Made by a program: the position numbers and the translations under genes. Below are positions 1 through 14,077 of a DNA stretch of 64,000 bases, in pieces. How positions within the stretch are numbered: the first letter of the stretch is position 1; every line of letters starts with the position of its first letter. Under the pieces are notes generated by a model. That model was not told the DNA's origin. It saw nothing but the letters and a program-made list of their open reading frames with translations, and ran no database searches. The stretch is from Rhizophagus irregularis (lineage: Eukaryota): the NCBI RefSeq assembly GCF_026210795.1, contig NC_089432.1:1860001-1924000 (forward strand). The letters are read 5' to 3'.

Positions 1-334
1 ATTTTGTAATACACACAAACGAATAATGATAACATAGGAGATATCAAAAATATCTGCTAATAATAAATATTAATAAAATAAATAAAATAAAGCGATGTTA
101 GTATTTTTTCCGGGTCATATATACTATAACGGTTGCTATTCGTCACCCGCCGGACACGTGGGTTAAATTTTATTTATATACAGATCCTTTTGATTTTGTT
201 TCTTTTGTTTCAAGTATAAAAATTGATAATCTCTTCAGGACAATACATATCCTAAAAACAATTTTCAAAAAAGTTTAACTTCTTCAATTACTGAAATTAG
301 TATACTTAAAAATAAGAAATTAGAAAAGAAAACT

Positions 335-1338
335 ATGTCGCGCGCTGAATCACCTGGTAAGTATGGGTCATTTTAATGACTAAAAATTTACTGGCCATGT
401 TGTACTGAACACAATATTTTACTCTACGAAAGACTTTATAAGCCTCACAAAAGACACCATGGAAACATGTGAAGCCTATTATGCCTGCTTGACTACTAAC
501 GAATATGGCAAAATATACTTGGATCCAAAGAAGTGCAAGGCTAAAAACTTTGATCCAATAAAGTAAGTAATTTTAGTTGGCACTCTCTGTTCAAGTCGCT
601 TTACCAACGTCAGGAACAGTTGGAAAAATGCTTAAATTATTTAATCCTAAGTTATAATTTTTTCCTTTTTGGTCGAATTTTTTTGGTTCACCCTTTTTAT
701 AATAGAGCAACTAAAGAGCAAAAGGAAAGGATCTTGTTGTTTGCAGAGAGATATAAAAAAATCACAAAAGAAAGAGGACACCATACTGCACAGAAAGAAG
801 CGTTTGCTGCTTGCGACTATTCTAATGCTTTGTATGTATGTTTGCATATTATTTACGTAGTGAAATCATAGACTCATGTGAATACTTATGTCATCTCTTT
901 TTAGACTGAAGCAATTATATGATAAAATAGATCGTGTAATATTTGAAGGTAGAGTTAGAGGAAGCAATTTTTGACGTGTCATGTATGATAAATTATATTC
1001 TTAAAATGGATTTTTATTTAGACGAAGCAGAATCATTGAATGTGATGCATAAAGCTGTTCCTGGGAGTATTGAGAAGCGGTCAAAAGTATTTATATAAAA
1101 TTATTTCTCATGAAGTGATAAAACATTTTTTAATTCTTTTGCAATTTTACAGCCAACCCATTCTTCAGTTAACAAAGCGTTTGAACTTATTGGCCATAAA
1201 ATCAAACTTTATGATGTCGATGTCGAGGTTATTTCCTTCAAAACAACTAAAGATGACATTTTTCTAGAAGTAGAAGAAAACGTAGAAGGAGAATTGATTC
1301 GCTATGAAATTAATTATGAGGATGTAGTTTCCTTGTGA
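335..1338 (+). CDS. Small intron-rich hypothetical gene (about 7 exons), unknown function
   Basis: ATG at 335, then GTAAGT/GTATGT/GTATTT donors and YAG acceptors. Spliced pieces read MSRAESPDFISLTKDTMETCEAYY..., RATKEQKERILLFAERYKK..., PTHSSVNKAFELIGHKIKLYDVDV...EDVVSL* (TGA 1336-1338). The exon2/3 phase did not resolve cleanly by eye. Confidence 0.55.
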
Positions 1339-2059
1339 ACGTTCTTATTTCTACAGTAATTATCTATGTACTGTATATGATCATATACATAAACTATTTT
1401 TACATATACAAATGCATCTACCTTTTTCAGAAAATTTCAATGACAAAATAATTAGATAGATTTTTCTGATTCTCATTTACGTTTTTCTGTGTGCAGTTTC
1501 GCAATCAATTATTAAACAATAATACTTAAGAGGGATGATTGACAATATCGTCAATTTGTTGTTCAAATGTAAATATTTATAAATTTGAGATGACAATAAT
1601 CAAACCGTGAAAGGCTTTCTGAGTTTTACGTGCAATTTAAACAAACAAAATTCTTAAAAATTGATTAGTATCCATTTTATCTAATTAACCGTATAGATGT
1701 TATTTGATAACAATCATTTATGTGCCGTGATGAATGGGTTTGATTAAGCGGCAAGACGTTTATAGTTGAGCATTAAAACACAATTCGATAAAGGTTGCAG
1801 TATGAATAAATAAATATCAAGATGCTCATGACATCAATAGATCAAAGACCATGATCACAAAACAATAGGCTTATTTATTCTGCTGTTTATTGATAATTTT
1901 GACATTCTGCTGTTTAAAGAGAAATTCGTGATAATAAAGAAAAAAATGACACGTGAACTTCGTATAATTAATTTTATCAAATATTTTACCTAATGATACG
2001 AAAATTAACATTATTTGGAAATCAAGTGTTGCCAGAATAACAACTCATCATTATGGAGA

Positions 2060-3530
2060 CATTTCCATTTCTTTTTTGTCTTCATCTATTTGTTCTATAA
2101 AAATAGAACTAAACGTTAAGATTATTATATTTTAAATTTGTATATTACCAAAACCTACCATCATTAATATTCAATTGAGAAATGTTGATTTGTAAAGATT
2201 CTAACGAAATAGAATATTAGTATTTTCCATAATATACAAAAAATAAGTGATTGTTAATCGATACCTGAAAATTCATTGCTTATTATATTATTGCTTTGAT
2301 CATAATAATCATCTGAATTTTTTGGTTTAGGAAGATTATCAAAATCAAGTAATCTGTTCGTGTAAATAGCCTCAGAATGTGTTTCATATGACAAACTGGC
2401 AGCAGATGCATTACCAATTCGTAATTTATTATTATATTCTAGGGCTTCATTAATTTGCTTCTCCATCTCTTCTTTGTGTGTTAAAATTTCATTCATTCCA
2501 TTTCTTTATCAAATCTTCAATTTCTCCTGCTGTTGGTCGATTTAATGGATTTACATCTAAACATCTTTTAACTAAATGAACAAACATTCGAAGTACTTTA
2601 ATATTAAACCTTGGTCTAAGTCCTTGAGAGATTTTTATTGCTAAATTTACATCATGGCTCACATCATGGTATGGAGGTGATCCGGAAAGTACTTCATACA
2701 TAAGCATACCAAAACTATAAATATCTGAAGCTTTAGTATAACCTTGCCCTCTTAAAATTTCAAGTGCAACGTAAGATAAAACACCATAAACTTGTTTTTC
2801 TGTTTTTTCCAATGTATTTTAGTTTGCTGGTTTGCACAATCCCATATCACTATACGAACAACTCCGTCAAAAAGTATATTACCAATATGTAAATCTTAAT
2901 GAATTATTCCTTTAGCATGAATATTTTTAATCCCATGTGTAATACCATTTAAAACATTTAACCCGATGTGCCAATCAAACCATAAGCGATAATGCAAACT
3001 ATTCAAATAATTCCGTAAATTTCCATTTGCATATTGCAAAACCATAATATAATCTTTGTATAGGGATCTTGAGTTATTCCATAAATGCTAAGAATAGCAA
3101 TAGAACCTGTCATCCATTTATACATTATAAAAAACATTATTATTAGTAAATATTTATATTTCAGTAAAGGATAATCGAATTATATAAACGATAAATTTAT
3201 CTTACTTCATTCATAAATTCTAATGAAACATTTTTTTGAATCATTTAATATCTTCAGGGCTACAAAATTATTAGGCTTTGATAAACTTGCCTTGTACACT
3301 TTGCTAAATCCTCCTTTTGCAATATATTCAATATTAGATAATCTTTCGTAAGGTATCTATTCTATTGTTACTGACCACACTTTTGCTAATAACTGAGCAT
3401 TTTGAATTAATTTGTTAATATCATCATTACCACTAGTCCAATTTCCAAAATTTTTCTGATAACATTTTACATAACATGCATCACATACGTTACTCCACAA
3501 TCTTCACAATGTAAGTATAGGGTTTTCCAT
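2060..3530 (-). pseudogene. Tyrosine-kinase-like (TKL) protein kinase pseudogene
   Basis: Kinase motifs IAKGGFSKVY, VALKIL, H*DLHIGNIL (stop in catalytic loop), SDMGL, YGVLSYVALE, SDIYSFG, RPTA. N-terminal NFGNWTSGNDDINKLIQ. In-frame stops and frameshifts present. Confidence 0.85.
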
Positions 3531-5029
3531 TATTCAAGAAAATTGCAAACCTAATTTTACCACGAAAATAAGGTAAATATCAACTGCAGTAAAGAAGAAA
3601 TATTTTATGATCCAAATCATACTGCTTTGGGTTAGAGTATCGTGACATTGATGGCGTAAAAATGTTTGGAGATGTATTAAAATGGAAGTCTGTCATTTTT
3701 AAATTTTGATTATCTTCTAACTATGTTACATTTCTTTAACGCAAACGTCAAAACAAAATGTTTATATGTCAAGTTCTTCGTATCGTCAAAAAATGAATAT
3801 ACTGATGGTATATGTAATGGTTAACATTCGTATACTAGTCAGCAGTATCTCTTGTTAAAAATCTTCTGTATTACTCCTACTTGGCCTTTGATATACAACA
3901 GAATAATTTATCAAAAAAGATTATTGTTTTGATTGATCATGAAAAGGTTTGAGGTTTCACAGTACTATATACTACACAAACAAATAAATACAGAGTGTGA
4001 TAAATCTACCGAAGAAATATCTGGAAAGATATTTGTTTATTTAGTGATGACTGATTATCTTAGTTGAAACAAAAAGTAACAGAATTAGAATACCATACCG
4101 ATGCATCTATACTGATCCCTATCAGAAAATTCAATAGCAGATCATATAAATTTTATCTATAATCTAGGCCCGCCTACAAAGTAAAAATGCCAAGAAATTT
4201 GGACGAGGCCCTCGCTGAATTTCTTGGCATTTATTGTTACAATGCTTAAGAGGAGTTATGAATATAACAATATCATTATACAGACGTTGTAACCGTTTTA
4301 GATGATCTCAGAAACAGTATTGTTAATAGCAATTTTTTCAAATCCGTTTCACGAAATCTTTTCACAAAATTTTTGTATTCAGAAAGATCACTTCAACAGA
4401 TCTAGAATAGCAACTAATCCGTAGAAACTTTAGTAGAACTACGAAGTAAAGAGATAATAAAACCAATATTTTCAGTTCAAGAAAACTCGTGTCATAATGC
4501 ATAATACTATAATTATTGACACTTACTGTATTTATCTTGTTAAGTTTTTCTGCCAACACTATGTTATCATAATAAATTTGACTTTACAAGCAATGTGTAG
4601 AATTGAACCAACAATCACCATAGATATCATGGTCTTATTTTTTTATATTGTCCTTGTCATATCTTAATCCATCCATATGACCTCAAAAAAAAAAGAAATA
4701 ATATTATCATATCCTGAAGTCCGTTTTTTGACATCAGCGGTTTACTTGTTATCATCGAGAATGACGATTTTTTGATAATCATAGAATTATATATCCATAT
4801 TTATTTAACTCGTGATACTTTATCAATTAGCGTAATCGATGACCGGGATTTAATAATGCCATTTAGTATGGATTTTCATTAACCGTCCCGACTGATCACG
4901 TGAATACAAACTAGAACTATTAAGTTTGTTTCATCATCATCAAAAGTTGCCAACTACGAGACCGTGACCCCTAGTCACAGTTGACTTATGTATTATGTCA
5001 GAATTTATCAGAATTAACACTGCATAAAA

Positions 5030-7265
5030 TTAATAATCATGTATATAACCGTACAAAAACTAGTATTAACTCTAAGGAAAAATGTGAAAAATTTGTCAGT
5101 AAAATCATAACCATTATTAAAGAACTTCATCGAAAAATACCCTGATAATTGGAAACTTATGGAAGTTCAATATCCTTTAATGGCATATAATTTATTCACG
5201 TTCATTTTCCTTAATAAACTAAATACAATCAGTTTGGAGTTGAGTCTAAAAAGAAAAATACTAAAGATACTGGTTTGTTACATAGACCACAAAATAATAA
5301 ATATCCATATTACGATGATTTGAAATACAATTTAGATATGTACTTAAGATCAACTAATGATGATTTAGCTTTGAAATTTTTCCAAGGTTACCGTTTTCTT
5401 ATTTATTATTTATCATTAGCGTATTTTGATCCTAATATTTATGATCAAGATGCTGTTATGTTGGCATATCTATTAGAATATTATTCTAGAAGTTATATGG
5501 AATGCAGCTGGATGATTAATGTCACAAAAATTCTTCCGGAGTTATCTGGTATATTTATACATAATAATATTTACAATGTTTTAATTTACTAATTTATCAT
5601 CACCTTTTTATTAAAAATGATTCTTGCTTATTTAGCTGATTATATTATTTATATTTTAATAAATCTTATTTTGGAAAAATGAAATATAATTTTCCAATTA
5701 GAAGGTTTAAAATAATCGGAGATACATTAAATTTAAAAATATATATACCTCTTACCCAACTTATACCAGCAAAACCTTCAAACCTTTTTTGAATACAATA
5801 AGATAAGGTATTTGTTGTTGAAATGAACTAAATCATTTGAATTTATCATTGATATTTATTTTAAAAATATAGAGATGAAGAATTATTCAATATTTATATT
5901 GTTCCTAATTTTACAACTTATGCTGAAAAAATTGAAGGAAAAATTGAAGGAAAATTTGGTACAATTTTGTGCTGGTTGAGGAAAATATTACTTCTGCCTG
6001 GCTACAAGAATTTAGATTATAAAGGTCATAAATCATTTCTTTATATTGAAAGTGAAGATATAATTTTTGATAATCCATTTATTGAAGCAGTTATGACTTT
6101 AAGATGGAGGAAAGCAAAAATATATTGGATGATACCTTTAATATTTTACATTATATATATATTTTTATTTTCATTTCTTTCTCAACTTTACTTAAGTGAT
6201 AATGATGATAATAAAAATAAGCACAATTCTACGTTTATGATAGTGGTTGGAATATTTTATTATGTTGGAATATATTTATTAATAGTTGAGTTTATGCAAA
6301 TGAGAAATTATAAATTAAATACTGTAAAGATATATTTAACATATTTAATCTATGCAGTATTGTGTTGGGAATAATTGTTTCACTCTGATATTTGTAAAGT
6401 CATTTAATGAAATTAATGAAATCAATAATCAAGGAATTGTTATTTTATTAACGGTTACTACTCTAATACTTTGGATTGAAATGGTATGTAAAATAATCAA
6501 ATAATCATTATCTAAAAGTTTATAATAATGCTATGTTAATATTAACTTGTTATTTGTCTTCTCAAGCTCCTTTGGCTACGATTATTCACAGAAGTGGCAG
6601 TATATATATATATTTTTGGAAATATTTTAAAAAAGATTATACCATTTTTTGTGTTTATGATTATTTTAACAATTGGCTTTGGACACTCAATGTAAATTTT
6701 CTTTGTATTTCTTCATTCATGTACTAATTATGTAAATAAATTAACTTTTTATTTTATTAATAATAGGTTTGTCCTTTTTGGACATCCATCACTTCTTGAT
6801 TTAAATCCATCAGCTTCAACTTACACATTAGATAATGGAACTACTAATTTAAAATTAACAGGAGAAATTCCAGTAAATCCTTTTGACACAATATGGGATG
6901 CTATACTCTCCGCATACTATTGAAATACAATTAATTTGAGTGGTTACAATTATTGTCCATTAAAGTTATTTGCTTTCATAGCATATATTATTTTAGTTCT
7001 TGTCTTATTAAATATGAAAATTTTTTAGTGACACATTTAATAAAGTAAAAGAAGATGGAAATCTTGAACTTTTGACATTTGGAGCAGAACTTATTGATGA
7101 ATATGAAAGACTTGATAATTCTTTCTTTAGAAAATTACTACATAGTAATAGTAATTCGCAATATATTTGTTTTTCATCAAAATCCTGATATAATGGAAAA
7201 ATGGATGACGGAAACTGAAAAAAAATTTAAAGACAAAAAATTATATTCATTGTTTGATTGATGAT
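5030..7265 (+). pseudogene. TRP-like / ion-transport-domain membrane channel, degraded
   Basis: IFDNPFIEAVMTLRWRKAK followed by several hydrophobic helices, LLWLRLFTEVAVYIYIFGNILKKIIPFF, GFGHSM, and pore-helix-like NPFDTIWDAILSAYY*. Introns, stops and frameshifts present. Confidence 0.6.
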
Positions 7266-10200
7266 AAAGATGATTCATGGTTGGATTGAATCTTGATATG
7301 AATGTTATCTTAGATAATAAATATCATACAGACTTTCACCTGACATAAAAATAAACAAACTCGTCCATTTAGAAGCAATTAGCTAGTTTTTTTTTTCATT
7401 TTTTTAATTTATTTATTTATATTATGATATTAATGTTGTTAATTTATTTTGTTTTAACAAGATATTATTTTATTTTTAATAAAGAATGAATTAACATTTG
7501 AAACATACGTTAATTATTATAAAATACATATAATATTACTTAATGAATTTATAAATGTTAACTTCAACTTAATTTTAAATACAAATTGTTTTTTTGTATA
7601 GTTTTATTTAATAATTATAATTTGACAAATTTGAAACTAGACACATAAAATTTTATCCACAGCTAATCTAATCGGGTGATGATATGTGAACTGCTGATCA
7701 AGTTCAACAATTAGAAAGAAACTTAAAAGGAAATAATTTAAAATTTTCAATACAAATACAATTTTTTTTATAAAAAATAAAGTATTATAATATTCAATTT
7801 TTATAAAGATATATAATATGCATAATAAATTTACAGTAATTTCATTAGTTACTACATGTTTAAAATCATTGATGTCACGTTTAGTATTAATTATGTAATT
7901 ATTAAATCATCTCTCTAAAATATTTTTTTTAAGGGCGTTGATTTAATATTTTTAATGAGTATTTAATAAAGAAATATAGAATACCTTTAGTAATCTTCCT
8001 TCAGTAAGATTTATAATTAAACATGATTACACATTTCTACAGTATTCACTTTTAAGGATTAATAAATTAAAAATATTGTAAATTAATTTTCCCATATTTT
8101 CAAATAACAAGGTTATGATATAAAGGAGATGTTTTCAACAAATTTAGAATCTGACATCCAACAAATATAAAATTCTTTTATGCGAGATTGTTCATATTCA
8201 TACTTTTGAATACCCTATAAAAAAGGTTTGTGCTAAACGGGCTAATCATACAACAACCATAGAAATTAAAGTGATATTTTTTATTCCAAAGAATAATTCT
8301 GTATCTAAATGAGTTCCTGTATTTGAAGCTGGAATCATTTTAAGACTTACAGTGAAATTTTCTCTTAAAGAACAACCTCCTCATAATAATGCTATTAGAA
8401 GCAATCAAACTATATTAATTATTTATTAAACAGAAATGTGTTATTTAATATCTTTTTTTAAAAAAAAAAATCTATTATTTAGATAACAATGAATGCAAGT
8501 GATCTTATAAACATGATCAACTAAAATGAAAATATTATGTCTTTATTATAATCTCACTTAGCAATAATATTATTAATCAAAAAGTTGTCTATAAATTATT
8601 TTTTAAAAAAAATTCAGTTTATCAATTTTTTTTTTTTAACAAAAAAAATCTGAGTACGACCTAAATCTGACCCTCCGGATCCAAAAATATAATTGCATTT
8701 ACAGTATTGCTAGCTGCCTTACAAACTTTTATTTCTAATAGCTTTTTTTTTAAAAAAGTCAAATCAATTATTTCATAAAGAATTTTATTATTTTTTTCCT
8801 TAATCATGATTTTTAATCTGCAAATAAGAATCAGATCAAATATTTTATATATATAAATTTTTTATTGATTTTCTTAAGATCAGAAAGTAAAATTATCATG
8901 TAGTATAAAATACTTAAACCAATATATACACTCATTTTTATTTCTATTAATTCATTTTGATAATTTATATAACTAAAAAATTAAAAAATTCCGATGATTT
9001 TCCGGAGCGAAGCTATATGTTCTACATTATGAAAAATTATCGATCACGTGAGTTTATTTCCATCACGTGACGTAATCCAATGAAATCACGAATCGGAGTT
9101 TTATCTTTTTTATCGCTCCGGACTTACAACAGTTTTCGTTTCCTAGTATTTAGATTACCTTCCGTATAAAATAAATTGAATTGTGTAATATAAAAACACA
9201 TGATATATCTGCTGTCTGATCATGTGTAAAGACTTTTGTAGCTAAACAATTCTTCGTAATTTGATTTCGGGAAAATGTAGGGAAAATCATTATCGGGAAA
9301 AGGTTATATCGGAAAATTGATGTAGGAAATCGTGCCGTAACCAAATTATTTAGTACTCTAAACACGATCTTAAATAAAAGTATACGAATAAACAAAGGTT
9401 TTTGTATGATTGATTTGCAATTCTGAATAAACCATGTACTTCCATAATTTTTAATATTGTGTTAATTTTTTTATTGCTCATACACATATACTAAATAAAT
9501 ATTATTTTTACATTCATTTGGAAGAAGAAAACCTACCCTAATTTTAGAATCAAGACATGTGGAGATATTAATGATTAAACTCAAAAATTGGAGATTAATA
9601 AGTTGGACGAATTTATTCATCAACTAGTGATTGAAATCATGTAATTTTTAATCATTAAATAGATCTCATTTTTCTCTTTCAAATGAATGTAGAATCATAT
9701 CTCTATCATACATGTATGTCAAATTATTTACAATTTCACTAAAAGAATTATATTTGATTACTAAATTTAAATGAATGGTACATATTAAAGTCTTTCAATT
9801 TTTTTTCTGATTTTAATTAAATTTTAGATACAAATATAACAAATTAATATAAATTATAATGTAAAGTTTGAGATATATTTTTAATTTACCAAGACATTTA
9901 TATTAAAAAAATTATGTAGGTTACGTAAATTTAAAAAGTTATTACATATGAAAGTTAATTAATAATAAATAGATTTTTATAAAAATAAGTATGATCAAAG
10001 TTTAAAATAAAATTATCATAATATGTTCGCAAAATTTGGGGATATATTAGTATATGTAAAATTTCCAATGTAATATCTCTTAAGCTCAGAATCTCGAAGG
10101 TATAATATCCCGATATTCAAAATCCCAAAAATCAAAATACCGAAATAAAGTTTTTGGGATTATGATATTTCGGGATTTTCGGGGTTATGATATTTGAGAT

Positions 10201-10776
10201 ATTGTACCATCGGGATTCCTAGCATCAGGGTTTTGGGCGAACCCCATAGGATATATTTTTGCGATATATTTTTGATGATTCTGATACAAATTTTTTTTAC
10301 TTCTTCTTAATAAATGATTATATTTCTAACTATTTTGGATTCCGTTCAAGAATTATTCCTGGAATATTCATAAAATTTTTTAATTTAATTAATTTAATTG
10401 ATAAACATTTACTTATTTCATTACTCGTGAAATTTAACTAAATCCCATTCTAAAAAGTATTATTTACTCCATGTATTCATTTGAATGAAATTAATGATCA
10501 TGTGTACATAATAAAATAATAACTCTGCATAACTCTGGTCAAAAAAAAAATTTGGGAAATCGTCCTCGGGAAATCGTACGTATTTCGATTCTTTCATATA
10601 GGAGAATTATCCAAAAAAGGAAAGTGCAAGAACGAATTCCCGATGGTGAAGATCTTGGCACTCAATTTCTTGACAAATCATAATTTCCGATAATTAAACA
10701 ATTTCTAACTAATAATTAGGGGTACTTTAAACATATGTGAACATATGTATTTAAATTATTCAAAAAATAGAGGAGG

Positions 10777-11261
10777 AGAGTAAAACGAAAAGGAGTGGTG
10801 TCGGGTCAACCAAAAAAGTACATATTAGTATGTCACATGAAATAATCTACTCAACAATATGATTTGTAAAATACTACTGCTGCGTATGTATAGTAAATAA
10901 TTATTGTATAATTTATAATTTATTAAACTCTTCTGCAACTGATTTGATAATAGATAATAAAGTCAAAAAAAAGTCTTTCTCATTCCACGTAAAAGAAATA
11001 TTATTTTTCGCGTATATAGAATAATATTTCGCTAAAAGGAGCGTCAATTGAAATTGGCTAATTAAGAATTAGTATAATTATAAAAAATTCACAATAAAAT
11101 TTTTCTTCAATTTTAACTTAATATAGCAATTTAGTATAATTATAAATACAATACTTTTTCGTTTGATAATATACACTATTAGAGTTGAGTATCTAAATGT
11201 TGATTTTACATCATACTATACTTTTTTGGTTAACTCGACACCACTCCTTTTCGTCTTACCA
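10777..11261. mobile_element. MITE with ~40-bp TIRs
   Basis: GTAAAACGAAAAGGAGTGGTGTCG...AACCAAAAAAGTA pairs with TACTTTTTTGGTTAACTCGACACCACTCCTTTTCGTCTTAC. AGAGGAGG is repeated on both flanks. Confidence 0.7.
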
Positions 11262-12134
11262 AGAGGAGGGGTGGAGATCATTAAACTAAAAATTAATTTG
11301 GAATGGCCTTGTCAATCATCACGCGATCCACGTATGTAACCCAATTTATGAATCTATGATTGATATATTATAAATTGAGACAGTATTAAATATCAACAAT
11401 TTGCTATTTTTTCTAAGTTGGATCGAAAAGAAAAACGATTCATTTATAAATATCATAGTCTAAAAAATATTCTTTATTATCACAATATTTATGAAATGTT
11501 TCAGGCGTTGTAAATTAAATTAAAATGATATAGGAGATACTATAATTATAATAAAAATTAAGGGATCGAAACAAATTATTGGGTGATACAATCCATTTAG
11601 TTGTTAAATCTTATAAGTACACGACAGATAATTCATTTACAGATAGGAAAGTAAGTTATAGTAATGGTATAGGTATACAAACTATAGGTTACCATTTCCT
11701 TGTAATGATGGTACCGTGTGGAATTTTGATAATTGTTCTACATTTATGTTCTGATACTGGAATTCCGATGGGAAGTAGATGATTATGAAGTTTTTCAGGT
11801 TTAATATAGTAAAAAAAAAACTTATTTAATTTTGTAATATCGCTTATTTATTATAGGCTACAATACAATTTACAGACAACCATTTTACCAACATGAAATT
11901 AACCGACGCCATTTTGCTGACTTCCATTTTACGACATGAAAATTTGCCTTCTCCATTTCATCGAATTGCCATTTCACCGAAAAATTTATTGGCAGCGCCT
12001 CACTCTTATTGCGCCTTAATTTCAAATTATTTCAAGTGCCAAATGCAAAAGAAAGTTCAACGAACTGCATAGTATATTAATATATAAAGTCGAAATCTTG
12101 AAATAATTTTATAATCAAAAAATATACATCCCAC

Positions 12135-12358
12135 ACTGGATCTGTTAATCCGGATATCCGGATAATTTATCCGCGCTATCCGATTAATTCGGGCCAAATT
12201 TATAATTCCGGCCAGAATTATTATTCATTCTGGCCGGCACTATAAATATGGCCCAGGGGATCCGGATTGAAATGATCCGAGGATAAACTTATATCCGGAT
12301 TAAACGGATATAAACCCGGTGTATCCGTGGGATATCCGGATAACGGATCCAAACCCTA
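12135..12358. mobile_element. hAT-like MITE remnant with ATCCGG subterminal repeats
   Basis: Clustered ATCCGGAT motifs in both orientations. Right end ...GGATCCAAACCCTA reads TAGGG- on the reverse strand; left end degraded. Confidence 0.45.
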
Positions 12359-12984
12359 TGTTTATTATCAAATTAGTCATTAGTTAGTCTTTCTTTCGTT
12401 TAGATAAGTTCGTTCCATCATAAAATATTAATTAATACAGTATTTTAATGATATAAATAAAAAGTTTACTACTCGTGTAGAATTGATCTTCCAATTTAAG
12501 GTAAGCTTCTTTATATTATTTGTTCTCATTCATGTCATTATTATAAACTCATTATTATAAACTTCTAATTAATAACATGTCATTAGCTGGTAGTAATTTC
12601 ATGCTTAAATGGTCACTAGCCTCTGCACCATATGATTGATGCCTAACTTTGCCAAAATGTTTATTCGAAGGAGAATAATGGTTTCGCGATAATTATTTGT
12701 ACGTAAATCATATAATTGTTTCAAAAACATATTTAATTTAAATCACTTGCTCAATTCTTATTAAAAATAGTTAGCCCCTACCATTTAACAATGAATTTTC
12801 TTATTTATAAGGCCATACAAACTTGATTTTATGGTTTTCATAATATAAAAATTTCATCAATAACCCGGCAACCCGGCTTTTAATTTTTTTTTTCAAAAAT
12901 TTTATATGCGAAATTTTTTTTCAATTTTTAAAAAATTCTCACCCGGCATAGTAATAATATAAAAAATTTTTTTTTTAAGACTTA

Positions 12985-13204
12985 CAGCAAATTTCAAAAT
13001 ATACGGGACACTTGAGAAATTTGATTGTCGGGTTGTCGGGTAGCCGGGTTACTCGGCAGTAGGTTAAAAGTATAAATAACACGTGACGAGTATAATGAAT
13101 AGTAGTATATCAGATTATATAATAACCTACTGCCGAGTAACCCGGCTACCCGACCACCCGACAATCAAATTTCTCAAGTGTCCCGTATATTTTGAAATTT
13201 GCTG
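12985..13204. mobile_element. Fold-back MITE, Tc1/mariner-like ends
   Basis: 85-bp arms 12982-13066 and 13123-13207 with one mismatch. TA|CAG...CTG|TA termini. Confidence 0.75.
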
Positions 13205-13954
13205 TAACAAAACTGAACCGGCCGGACTATGAAAACCATTTTTACCACTTTGTGTCGCCTAATTAAGATATCAGCTACAATTTTTATACATTTATTTAAA
13301 TTATCTCGAGTATATTAATATTACATGGGATAAGTTTACCGGATAATTTAATGAAATAATTGATGATCTTAATAGCAAATAATTTAACCGGTCGAAACTT
13401 CAATGTCAACATTATTTTCTAAAGTATTTAGAATAATTAGCCTTGCTCTTTGCCTTTTTTTACCTTTTAACTCTTGAAAATAATAAAATATTGACTTTTT
13501 TTGTTTTTTAATTTTGGACAATTTAAAACCATACTCTAAACTACAATTTTCTTGTTAAAATCAAAAATTATTTTAAAATTTTATAAAACAAAATTTGATA
13601 ATCGTAAGTTATTTTTTTGATCAAATATTCACATGATTCAAGGTTTATCGTTTAAGTCCCCTGCTAATAAAAGCATTTCTAGTTAAAAAGATTTACAAAA
13701 AAAAAAACTGTACTAAAGGGATGGCCAGATAATCTGCCGATCATTTTTATTTCCCATATTTTTATTATTTCAAAATCAAATTAAATGTTATAGTACTGTA
13801 CTGGGTACTGTAAGAACGCAAATATTAGTGATTGATATCCACGTACGTTTTATTGACTAAATATTTTATGTAAGTTATTTTTTACGCGCAAACCAATTTC
13901 ACATAAACTAGGTATGAAACTATTTATATGAATACACTGTATACGCACAAAGAC

Positions 13955-14077
13955 AATGTACAATAGTTGACATATTGATGATCACTGCCAAAAGAATTTT
14001 GTATTGAGATTGGCAGATAATGTACAATAGTGACATATTGATCACCGCCAAGAATTTTATATTGAGATTGGCCGATA
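13955..14077. repeat. Two-copy ~63-bp tandem duplication
   Basis: AATGTACAATAG(T)TGACATATTGAT...ATTGAGATTGGC occurs twice back to back. Confidence 0.8.

Noticed and set aside
4186..4232. Small hairpin AAATGCCAAGAAATT...AATTTCTTGGCATTT
   Set aside because: Isolated; no TSD, terminator role or Helitron end context could be supported.
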